NCBI RefSeq assembly: GCF_015207065.1
Contig: NZ_JADEXP010000011.1
Location: 1-43,011, forward strand
Direction: 5' to 3'
DNA length: 43,011 nt
DNA from: Leptolyngbya cf. ectocarpi LEGE 11479
GTDB taxonomy: Bacteria; Cyanobacteriota; Cyanobacteriia; Phormidesmidales; Phormidesmidaceae
Below, in pieces: positions 9,051-21,000 of this stretch; position 1 is the first letter of the stretch, and the number at the start of each line of letters is the position of its first letter. The notes under the pieces are model-generated. The model was not told the DNA's origin. It saw nothing but the letters and a program-made list of their open reading frames with translations, and searched no databases. A program made the position numbers and the translations under genes.

Positions 9051-12000
9051 GAGCATCCAAATGTCCTCAACGTTCATCCATTGTCCCATGGTCAACGGGC
9101 GCTTTGGTTTTTGTGGCAGCTAGCCCCAGAAAGTTCTGCGTATAATTTTTCGTTTACAGCACGTATCCATACCGCAATAGATGCGGATACGTGGCGCTCT
9201 CTTTTTCAAATATTAGTTGAGCGCCATTCGATTCTGCGATCTACATTCCCCAATCGTGATGGCGAGCCTTTTCAGCACATTCATCTAAAGCAGGCCGTAG
9301 ATTTCGCTACTATTGATGCATCAACGTGGAGCAATGGACAACTCAATCAAAATCTGATTGCCATCAGCGAAGCTCCGTTTGACCTGGAAACAGAATCTGC
9401 TATGCGAGTAAAATGGATTACTCGCTCGGCCCAAGAGCATGTGTTGCTAATTGTGGCCCACCATATTGTCTTTGATGGTTGGTCGCAGTCTATTCTTTTC
9501 AAAGAACTTGCAACTCTCTATAGAGCTTCCCTGACGGGGAATAACAATGACCATCATACTAGCGCGCACTATTCTAGTAATGGTCATGGCACCAATGGCT
9601 TTAGCACCAATGGTCATAGAATTAATAACAATATTGCTACAGCGCTTGCTCCGCTCGAGCATACCTATCAAGACTATGTAGAGTGGCAAAAATATCTCCT
9701 AGAGAGTGATAAAGGAGAGCAGCTATGGCAGTACTGGCAACAGCAGCTAGCGGGTGATTTACCGATCTTAAATCTACCTACTGACCACCCGCGCCCTCCT
9801 GTAAAAACCTATCGGGGGGCGATGCAGTCCTTTCAGCTAGCGGAGTCTCTCACTCAACACCTGAAAGAATTAGCAAAAACCTCGGGAGTGACTCTTTATG
9901 TGCTTCTGATGGCTGCTTTCCAGATACTGCTACACCGGTATTCTGGTCAAGAAGATATTCTAATAGGATCGCCCTCCCTTGGACGCAGTCAGCTGAAATT
10001 TTCTGAAATTGTGGGCTACTTTGTCGATCCCATGGTTCTCAGGGCGGATCTGTCGGGCAACCCCACGTTTAGCTCATTTTTAACTCAGGTGCGTCAGACA
10101 GTTTTAGATGGTTTAGCCCATCAAGATTATCCGTTTGCTCTGCAGGTAGAACAGCTGCAGCCCCGTCGAGATCCAAGTTACTCACCTATTTTTCAAGCCT
10201 GTTTTACCTATTTGGTGCCACTGCAGGATGCTAAGGGGGAAATTGATTGGGGTGAGCTGGGATTTGAGCCCTTTGAGCTGCCTCGAAACAGGAGTCAGTT
10301 TGACTTGCACTTAGAAATGTCGGAGGTAGATGTCTCTTTGGTTGGAGGGATTGAATATAGCACCGATCTCTTCAACCGAGAGTCAATTGAACGGATGGTG
10401 ACTCATTTCCAAACATTATTAGCTTCAATTGTTGCCAACCCTGAACAGAGGCTAAGGCAGCTTTCCTTGCTGCCAAAGTCAGAATATCAGCAGCAGCTGA
10501 TTGAATGGAATAATACGGTTACATCCTATCCAACAGCGCAATGTATCCACCAGTTGTTTGAAGCTCAGGTGGAGAGAACCCCAACTGCAGTAGCTGTAAA
10601 TTTCAATACGCAGCAGCTTACCTACCAAACATTAAACCAGCGGGCTAATCAGCTAGCTCATTATTTACAGACATTGGGAGTAGGTCCAGAAGTTCTGGTG
10701 GGTATTTACGTAGAGCGCTCCCCCAATATGATGGTGGGATTGTTGGGGATTCTTAAGACTGGGGGAGCCTATGTTCCTCTCGATCCCGGCTACCCAAAAG
10801 AGCGAATAACATACATGCTTCAGGACTCTGCAGCCTCTGTGGTGCTGACTCAGCAAACATTGGTGGCAGATTTACCCGATGTTAGTGCTCAAGTTATTTG
10901 TCTTGACACGGACTGGGCCAAAATTGCTGACGGCAGTGATAAAAATGTTAAAGGTGATGCACAGCCCGCTAATTTGGCCTATGTCATCTACACTTCGGGT
11001 TCTACAGGCCAGCCTAAGGGGGTTGAGATCCTGCATCAAGGGTTAATGAACTACCTGTGCTGGTGTACTCAAACCTATCGTGTTTCCGAGGGGGCGGGTG
11101 CATTAGTTCATTCCTCTATCGGGTTTGATGCGACCATTACCGGCCTATTTTCACCGTTGCTGGTTGGAAAAACGGTCTTTTTACTGCCAGAGGATGAGGG
11201 GATTGAGGGGCTGGCCGCAGCGTTACAGACAGACAACAATTTTAGTTTGGTGAAATTAACACCAGCCCACCTTAAGGCGCTTGGCTCTCTCATTCCGGTA
11301 AAACGCCTAACTCAACAGACGAGGGCCTTAGTGATTGGGGGAGAAGCCTTAGTAAAGGATGTGATTGCTCCCTGGTTGATCCATGCTCCAAATACCCGAT
11401 TAATTAATGAATATGGACCGACGGAAACAGTGGTGGGCTGCTGCATTTATGAAGTTGACTCCTATGAGAGTCTCACAGAGCCTATTCCCATTGGTCGCCC
11501 CATTGCCAATACCAAACTCTATATCTTAGATTCTCAACTACAGCCACTGCCAACAGGTGTTCCAGGAGAATTATGCATCGGTGGAGAGGGTGTAGCTCGC
11601 GGCTATAGAAACCGACCAGAGTTGAGTGCTGAGAAATTTATTAGCAATCCTTTTGGCTCAGGGCGTCTCTATAAGACGGGGGATCTAGCCCGCTATCGCC
11701 CGGATGGCAATGTTGAATATCTGGGTCGAATTGATCATCAGGTAAAGATTCGGGGATTTCGGATTGAATTGGGCGAAATTGAGGCTATCCTCAACGATCA
11801 TGCTCAGCTTCAGCAGGCAGTGGTCATTGCTCGAGAAGATCACACTGGAGATAAACAGCTGGTAGCTTATGTGGTCAGCACATCTTCTCTTATTCCGGAG
11901 GAGCTACGAGATTTTTTGAAGGCACAGTTGCCAGAATATATGGTGCCAGATGTGTTTGTGCAACTGCCAGATTTGCCCCTGACCGCTAATGGAAAAGTTG

Positions 12001-15000
12001 ATCGCAAAGCTCTTCCTGCACCGGAGAGACTATTGACAGATGTTGACGATACTTTTGCTGCTCCCCAAACATCTGAGCAAAAACTGATTGCAACTATTTT
12101 CAGTGATGTTCTCAAGGTTAGTCCTGTGGGACTTCATCAGTCGTTTTTTGAACTGGGGGGGCATTCTTTACTGGCAACTCAGCTGATTGTGCGGTTGCGA
12201 GAGGCTTTTGATGTAGATATTTCCCTGAAGCTTTTATTTGAAGCGTCTACGGTAGAAGGCTTGGCGAGTGCGATCGCAGCTCAAAGCCAGCTAACATCCC
12301 ATTCTAAAAATCTACCTCAGATCCAGCCTGAACCTGAACACATCAACCGTCCCTTTCCCCTCAATGATATTCAGCAAGCCTATTGGCTAGGGCGCGATGC
12401 AAGTTTTGATCTTGGGAATGTTGCCACACAGATTTACATTGAACTTGACTGTCAGGATCTTGACCTAGATCGCTTAGACAAGTCGCTACAACGCCTAATT
12501 CAGCACCATGCGATGCTAAGGGCGGTGATTTTACCAGCCGGTAGTCAGCAGATTTTGCCAGAGGTTCCAACCTATAAAATTGCCATCACCGATCTATCCG
12601 ATCTAGGTACTGAGCGCCAGACTCGTCAGCTTGCCACAATTCGACAAAACCTCTCCCATCGCATGCTCCCAGCCAATCAGTGGCCACTATTTGGCATCAA
12701 AGCTACCCGCTTAGGAGCAAAGAAGACTCGGCTTCATCTTAATTTTGATGCTCTCCTTGCTGATGCAGCCAGTCTGCAGCTTTTAGGGCACCAATGGATA
12801 CAGCTATATAATACTCCCGAAATGGAGTTTTCTACCTTAAAGCTATCGTTTCGAGATTATGTGCTAGCTGAACAGCAGCTACAAACCAGTGAAAAATATC
12901 AACAAGACGAGCACTATTGGTTTTCTCGCCTCGATAGTCTGCCACCAGCCCCTGAACTACCCTTAGCAGTTCAGCCCAATCAGATTGAGAATCCTCGTTT
13001 TCAGCGGCGTAGCTATCGGCTGAATCCAGAGCACTGGCAAATCTTGCAAGTTCGTGGAAAGCAAGCCGATCTGACACCTTCCGGAATCTTATTGGCAGCT
13101 TTTTCTGAAGTCCTAAGTCTATGGAGCCGTCAAGCTCACTTTACGCTAAATCTAACTACATTTAAGCGTTTACCTCTGCATCCCGAAGTCAACGATATCG
13201 TAGGTGATTTCACCTCATTGACACTCTTAGAAGTCGATTTTCGTCAACAGTTAACCTTTGAAGAACGAGCTCGGAGATTACAAAAGCAACTATTTGAAGA
13301 CTTAGATCATTTGCAATGTAACGGTATCCGTGTTTTAAGAGAACTGACACGTCACCATAGCACTCAGAAACAAGTGGCTATGCCAGTGGTCTTCACTAGT
13401 ATTCTTGGACTTCGCTCAGCCAGTGAAACCAGCAATCGTCATGATATTACTGATCTCGGAGAGGTCGCCTATAGTGTTTCTCAAACACCTCAAGTATGGC
13501 TAGACCATCAGGTATCTGAAGACCAAGGCGCTCTTGTCTTTAGCTGGGATACGCTTGAAGCCTTATTTCCAGCAGGCATGATAGATGCAATGTTTGCCAC
13601 CTATTGCAGATGGCTAGAGCAACTGGCTACGGACGAGACGGCTTGGCACCAAACAAGACGGCATCAGCTATTGCCAAAAGCGCAACAGAAGCAGCGAGCT
13701 GAGAGCAATAACACTACAATTCCCATAAGACCGACTCTACTCCAAGAGCTGTTTACAGATCAGCTACCCCAGCGATTTGAACAACCAGCGGTCATCGCGC
13801 CAGACTGTTCTATAACCTATGGACAGCTGGCCCAAATGGCCCAATGCTTAGGCCAAAAGCTTCAGCAACAGGGTGTTCAGAGCAATACCCTAGTAGCTAT
13901 TGTTCTAGAGAAGAGCTGGCTTCAGGTGGTTGCTGTGCTAGGTAGTTTAATATCAGGTGCCGCCTATGTGCCAATTGACCCGCAGCAACCGCGTCAACGC
14001 CAACAGCAGATTTTAGAACAAAGTCAGGCAGAACTGATTATCACCCATAGCAGCTTGATAGACCAGATTGGTGTGGAAGCCAGCCATCAAATATGGGCTT
14101 TAGATCAGCTAGTCACCCTAGGTCAAGCAGAACCTCTGTCCGCCTGGGACTGGGTTCAAAAACCTGACGATCTAGCCTATGTGATTTTCACCTCCGGGTC
14201 CACCGGTAAACCCAAAGGAGTTGCGATCGATCATCGTGGAGCAGTTAATACTCTGCTCGACATCAATCGTCGCTTTTCAGTGACTTCTCAAGACCGAGTT
14301 TTAGCTCTATCAGCTCTCAACTTTGACCTATCCGTATATGACATCTTTGGGATACTAGCAGCCGGTGGCACAATCGTGATGCCTGAACCGCAGCATGTGA
14401 AAGAACCTGCTCACTGGCTGACTCTGATCCGCCAACATCGAATTACGCTTTGGAATACAGTACCGGCTCTAGCTCAAATGCTGGCAGATTATCTCAGTCA
14501 TGAAAAGGCTCCCCTGCCGAGCAGTTTACGCTTAGCGTTGTTAAGTGGAGACTGGTTGCCGTTGGATTTGCCGGGTAAGCTACAGCAGCTGTGGACAGAT
14601 ATCCAGATCAACAGTTTGGGAGGAGCCACAGAGGCCTCTATCTGGTCTATTACCTATCCAATTGATGTTGTAAATCCCGATTGGAAGAGTATTCCCTATG
14701 GAAAACCTCTGGCAAATCAGACATTTGCGGTTTTAAATGATCAATTCGATCCCTGTCCAGTCTGGGTTCCTGGCGACTTATACATTGGTGGCATTGGTCT
14801 AGCGATTGGTTACTGGCAGGACCAAGCCCGTACAGCAGCTAGTTTCATTAACCATCCGGTCACAGGCGAGCGGCTCTACAAAACTGGAGATCTAGGCCGT
14901 TATTTTCCTGATGGCAACATTGAGTTTTTGGGACGCAAAGACTTTCAAGTTAAAATCAGAGGCTTTCGTGTCGAACTGGGAGAGATTGAAGCCACACTCA

Positions 15001-18000
15001 ATCAACATCCTGCTGTTAAGCAAACGGTGGCTAATACTGTTGGAGAGTCTCTGAACCGGCAATTAGTAGCCTACGTTGTGGCTGAATCAGAGTCAGCTGC
15101 AGTTAATCTGGCTGAAGCTCACGATCCAAGTCAATTAGCTGATGTGATTCTCGATCCTGTGGAGCGGATTGAGTTCAAGCTGAGTCAGCCTGGATTAAAG
15201 AATTCTGTGCCCAGCAGTCAGGTCATTCAATTATTAAAACCTGTCTTCGATGGAGACTTAGAACAGCGCTATTTAGTCCGTCAGAGTTATCGCCAATTTG
15301 CCTCAGATTCGCGCTCTCGAGCTTCACTTGAGCAGATGCTAGTGGCGCTGACTCGTTCTGCCTCTGTTTCCAAACCATCTACACTATCTGACACAACAAC
15401 AACGTCTCTTCCCCTGTCTCTAGAAAGCTTATCCAAAACCCTTAGCAGCCTGATGGGATTTTTGATTGAGGGTGCTCCTCTACCCAAATATCTCTATCCC
15501 TCAGCCGGAAACCTTTATCCCGTTCAGCTGTATTTACGTGTTACTGATGGCGCCATTGCCGATGTTGCTGCTGGAGTCTATTATTATCATCCTCTCAACC
15601 ATACTCTAATCAAGCAAAAGGAAGGACGTATTGATTCAGCTGTATCTCTGCCGAAAAAGTTGACTAACCCTGGCGTTGAGCTATTTCTGATCGGACAACT
15701 CCCTGCGATTAAACCTCTATACGGTCGGCTAGCAGATACTTTTTGTGCTCTAGAAGCAGGATATATGCTGGAGGTACTCCGACACACTGCTACAGAGCAA
15801 AACCTCAGTTTTACGATCCCCTCCCGCTCTACTCCAGAGCTAATCCAGGCACTAGGGCTCGATCCTCAGCAGCATTTACCCTTGCTGCAGTGTGTCCTAT
15901 CGTCTCAAGACAGTTCAGCGGTCATGTCCTCTGGATTAGCTCTTAAATCATGGTTTGAGGAGTCGGACCCATTACAGCTATACCTCTACTTGAAGCCAGA
16001 TCACTGGGATGACCTAAAAGGCGGAATGTATCGGTATGATCCTGACTCACAAGCCCTGACGGCGTTATCTAGCGACGCACAGCTGAGCGGGACTATCTAC
16101 GGTGGTAATCAGCCTATTTTCGATCAAGCTAGCTTTAGTCTCTTTTTGGTAGCCCCGTCTGCAAATACACACATTCCAGAGTCCCTGGGCAGTTCTTCTC
16201 GGACAAAAGAACTGCTAAAAGCAGGTATGTGGGGACAAACATTGATGCTTGCAGCCCCCCACCATCAACTGGGGCTGTGTCCTATTGGCTATCTGCCTGA
16301 AAAAGAGATTGTCCATTCACTTCAACTAGAGCGTCATCAGCACGTTGTTCATAGTTTTTTGGGCGGTGGTATTGAGGTAACAGATCGGCAGCAGTGGCTA
16401 GCTTTTTCAACTAAACCGACGGTAGTGACGGCGGCAGAACAGCTGCGCCAGTTCTTACAAGAACGATTACCCGCTTATATGGTCCCTGCCATCTTTATGT
16501 CTATCGAGGCAATCCCTTTAACCGCTAATGGGAAAGTTAATCGCCAAGCCCTCCCTGTTCCTGTTTTAGAAACCGGTGCTCAGCTAGAGTATAGTTCCTT
16601 AAAAACGCCTACCCAGGAAATTATTGCAAATTTGATTGAATCAGTACTGAGAGTTGGTCCCATTGGCCTCCGCGATAACTTCTTTGAACTGGGTGGTGAT
16701 TCTCTGTTAGCAACCCAGCTCATTGTTAGACTACGTGCTGCCTTTGACTTAGAGATTCCTCTACGAAACTTGTTTGAATTTCCGACAGTATTTGAGCTGG
16801 AGCAGCAGATACAGCAGATACGCCAAGAAGACTTGAGGTTAACACTGCCTCCCATTACGCCAGTAGTTCCAAGAGATGGCCAACAATTACCACTATCCTG
16901 GGGACAGGAACGTTTATGTTTTTTAGATCAATTGGAGGGACCCTCAGCTACTTATAACGTACCCGCTGCGGTGCATCTATCTGGTCATCTAAACATAACT
17001 GCTCTAGAGCAGGCATTTAATTACATTGTCCAGCGCCATGAAATTTTAAGAACCCGCTATCCCATAGTAGATGGTTCACCGGTTCAAGAAGTTGTTCCAG
17101 ACATGGCTATAACTCTGATGATACAGCGTCAGGGGAATGACTTGAGCCTAGACGACTGGCAAGCTCGAATAGAGAAAACTATTCAAAAAGAGGCACGAAC
17201 CCCGTTTGACTTGGCGACAGGACCCTTGTTGCGAACTGGTCTTCAGCAATATTCTGACACAGAGTCTGTGTTACTGATTACAATGCATCATATTATTGCT
17301 GATCGCTGGTCCGTCGGTATTTTTGTTCAAGAGATGGCTGAACTCTATCGTGCTTATATCAAGGGCCGGGAGCCGTCTCTTGCTCCGATGGCTATTCAGT
17401 ATGGAGACTATGCCCTGTGGCAGCGACGCTGGTTGCAGGGAACAGTTTTGGAAAAACAGTTGGACTATTGGCTAGAACAGCTGGCTGATATGCCCACTCT
17501 CTTACAGCTACCAACGGACTATCCTCGACCTGCGGTACAGAGCTATCGAGGGGCTCATCACAGTTTTCACCTGAGTCTAGACTTGACCCGGCAACTAGAA
17601 CAGTTTAGTCAGAGGTCGGGGGTAACGTTATTTATGACTCTGTTAGCAGGATTTGGCGTATTGCTTTCTCGCTACAGTGGTCAATCTGATCTATCTATCG
17701 GTTCTCCCATCGCTAATCGAAACCAAGCTGGAATTGAACCTTTAATTGGCTATTTCTCCAATACCCTAGTACTGCGTTTACAGCCTGAAGATGACCTCAG
17801 TTTTACTCAGTTTCTACAACGGGTACGGGAAATGACTCTGGACAGCTATGTCCATCAAGATGTGCCATTTGAGCAGCTGGTAGAGGCATTACAACCGAAG
17901 CGTTCATTAAGTCACGCGCCTTTATTCCAGGTCATGTTTTTGTTGCGTACTGCTCCCCATACGGAGCCTGAAATGCCCGGGCTAATCTTAACCTCGTTAG

Positions 18001-21000
18001 CATCTGATACGCCAACCACAAAGGTTGACTTGACCCTGGCGATGACTGTAACAGACGCTGGTCTAGAATGCAGCTGGCAATACTCCACTGATTTGTTTAA
18101 GTCAGAAACAATAGAGCGGATGTCAGTTCATCTACAGCGATTGCTAGAGTCGGCGGTAACCATGCCAGACCAATCACTGTCTCGCTTGCCACTATTGCAG
18201 GATACGGAACAGTATCAGCTGTTACAGCAATGGAATGATACGGCGGTTGAGCCTTTTCAGCCGCAGTGTATTCATCAGCTCTTTACGACTCAGGTTGCTA
18301 GGGTGCCAACTGCGATCGCAGTAATTTATGAAGGGCAGCAGTTAACCTACCAAGAATTAGATCAACGATCTAATCAGGTCGCTCACTATCTTCGGGCACG
18401 GGGAGTAGAACCAGGCACACTTGTGGGTATTTGCTTGGAACGCTCCCTAGACATGGTGGTGGGGTTGTTGGGGATTCTTAAAGCGGGTGGAGCTTATGTG
18501 CCGCTTGATCCGGGCTATCCTCAAGAGCGGCTGACTTATATGCTACAGGACGCCGCAGTCTCTGTGTTACTGACTCAAGAGAGTCTGAGGAGCGTAGTGC
18601 CGGCTCAAGCGGCTTCAGTGATTTGTTTAGATGCAGACTGGCCCAAAATTGCTAAACATAGTGTGCATTCTATTGAGGGCCCAGTACAAACGGATGATTT
18701 AGCTTATGTGATCTACACCTCTGGGTCTACTGGCACGCCGAAGGGAATTATGATTTCCCATGCCTCGGTCTATAATTACACGACGAGTATTACGGCTGAG
18801 CTAGCCCTAGAAGATTGCCAGAATTTTCTACTGTCGTCCACCCTAGCTGCAGATCTGGGGAATACGGTATTGTGGCCAGCGTTATGTGGAGGCAAGTGCT
18901 TGCATTTGCTAGCTGAGGAGAAAGCGGTTGATGGAGCCCTATTTGCCAATTATCTAACCGACCATGCCATAGATGTGGTCAAAATTGTACCTACTCACTT
19001 GGCCGCTTTGCAGGCAGCCACCAACGTTCAGCATAGAGTCCTACCCCGCAAGCGTTTGATTTTGGGAGGAGACATTACGCGAGTTGCCTGGGTGCAACAG
19101 CTGCAACGGTTAGCACCTGGTTGTTGGATTGTTAATCACTATGGCCCGACAGAAACGACGGTGGGAGTGCTGACCCATCGCTTTCAGACAGAAACGGCTA
19201 CTACTGATCAAGCCAGCCTACCCATTGGCCGACCTCTGGCGAATACACAGATTTACATTTTGGACACTCATTTACAGTCTGTTCCTATCGGTGTAGCTGG
19301 GGAGCTATGCATCGGTGGAGCAGGCTTGGCCCAGGGCTATCTTAATCGCCCAGAACTAACGGCCCAAAAGTTTATTGCTAATCCCTTGATCGATTCTGGG
19401 TTAGCTCGTCTTTATAAAACAGGTGACCTGGCTCGTTACCTGCCAGATGGCACGATTGAATTTCTGGGTCGTATCGATCATCAGGTAAAGGTTCGGGGTT
19501 TTCGAATTGAACTGGGCGAAGTGGAATCGATTTTACTAGGCCATGCTGCTGTGCAACAGGCGGTTGTGGATATTTGGGAAGAGGTTCCTGGTAACAAACG
19601 TCTGATCGCCTACTGGGTGAGTCAGGATCCGACTTTAACACCTGGCAATTTGCGTAGCTGGTTACAGGCAAAACTTCCGGATCATATGGTTCCTGCTGCT
19701 TGTATTCAGTTGGAGACATTGCCTCTGACAAAGAATGGAAAAGTTGACCGACAAGCTCTGCCTACTCCTGATTTAAATAGACCAAAAGGCAACGCTTTTG
19801 CTCCTCCCCAAACAGTGCTCCAATGTCGCCTCGCAGATATCTGGAAACAGGTTCTTAGGATTGATCAGGTTGGTTTACATGATAATTTCTTTACCATTGG
19901 TGGAGACTCTATTCTCAGTATCCAAGTAGTCTCTCGTTCTAGACAGGCTGGGATTGATCTTAAGGCTAAGCAAATTTTTCAGTATCAAACGATTGCTGAA
20001 CTGGCTAGGGTCGTTGACTTCAAGCAAGGTCTAGAGATTCCACAAACACGTGCTAGTGGCCATGTTCCTCTCACGCCGATTCAGACTCGGTTTTTCGCTC
20101 AGAATTGGTCAGAGCCCCATCATTTTAATCAGGCTGTTCTGTTGTCTGTATCCCGTCATCTTAATCTGCAATACTTAGAGGCGGCTTTAGCTACTCTATT
20201 TGAGCACCACGATGCTCTGCGTCTGAGGTATATATTTGAGGAGCAAGAATGGCAGCAAATCTATGGTGATGCGCCAAGTCCATTACCGTTAGAAGTTGTT
20301 GATCTAAGCCACCATCGTAATCGAGAATATCAGTTGAAAGTACTGGCAAGCTTAGCAGACAAGTATCAAGCTAGCCTTAATTTAAATGATAGCTGTTTGA
20401 TGCAGGGGATGTTATTCCAGCTAGGAGACACGCAAGGGACTCCTGAAGCACGTCTGCTATTGATTGTCCACCATTTAGTAGTAGATGGCGTATCTTGGCG
20501 TATTTTGCTGAGTGATCTGGCGTTGGCCTATCACCAAATTGAGCAGGGACAGTCTGTGCAGCTACCGGCTAAGACCAGCTCATTCCAAATATGGTCACAA
20601 CACCTGCAGTCCTACGCCCAGTCCGATGAGTTGCGTCGTCAGATGGAACACTGGTTAAACCAGCCTTGGGCTCGGGTGCAGTCAATGCCAGTCGATTATG
20701 ACCAAAATTTGCATCTGAACCAGGTGGCTAGTCAAGTAACAGTCGATTTTACGTTAAGTCAGACGGAAACTCGTCAGCTGCTGCGTGATGTTCCAGCGGC
20801 TTACAATACTCAGATTAATGATATTTTGTTGACTGCTCTGGTTCAGTGTCTTCAGAGTTGGATGGACAATTCTGTGGTGCTGATTAATCTGGAGGGGCAT
20901 GGTCGTCAGGTTGAATTATTTGAAAACCTCGAAATTTCTCGTACGGTTGGTTGGTTCACTAGCTTGTTCCCAGTTGTTCTGCAATTGCAACCTCAAGCAG

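Noticed and set aside
19378-19731. Antisense or alternative-frame ORFs inside the megasynthase genes. Examples: 2210-2437, 4520-4741, 5943-6203, 9447-9689, 12832-13077, 15743-15946, 16580-16855, 19378-19731, 20899-21113, 21935-22162, 28591-28779, 30141-30344, 33144-33401.
   Set aside because: All lie wholly within strongly supported PKS/NRPS reading frames. They have low-complexity or Arg/Ser/Pro-rich translations and no recognisable motifs, which is the typical frame shadow of long ORFs.
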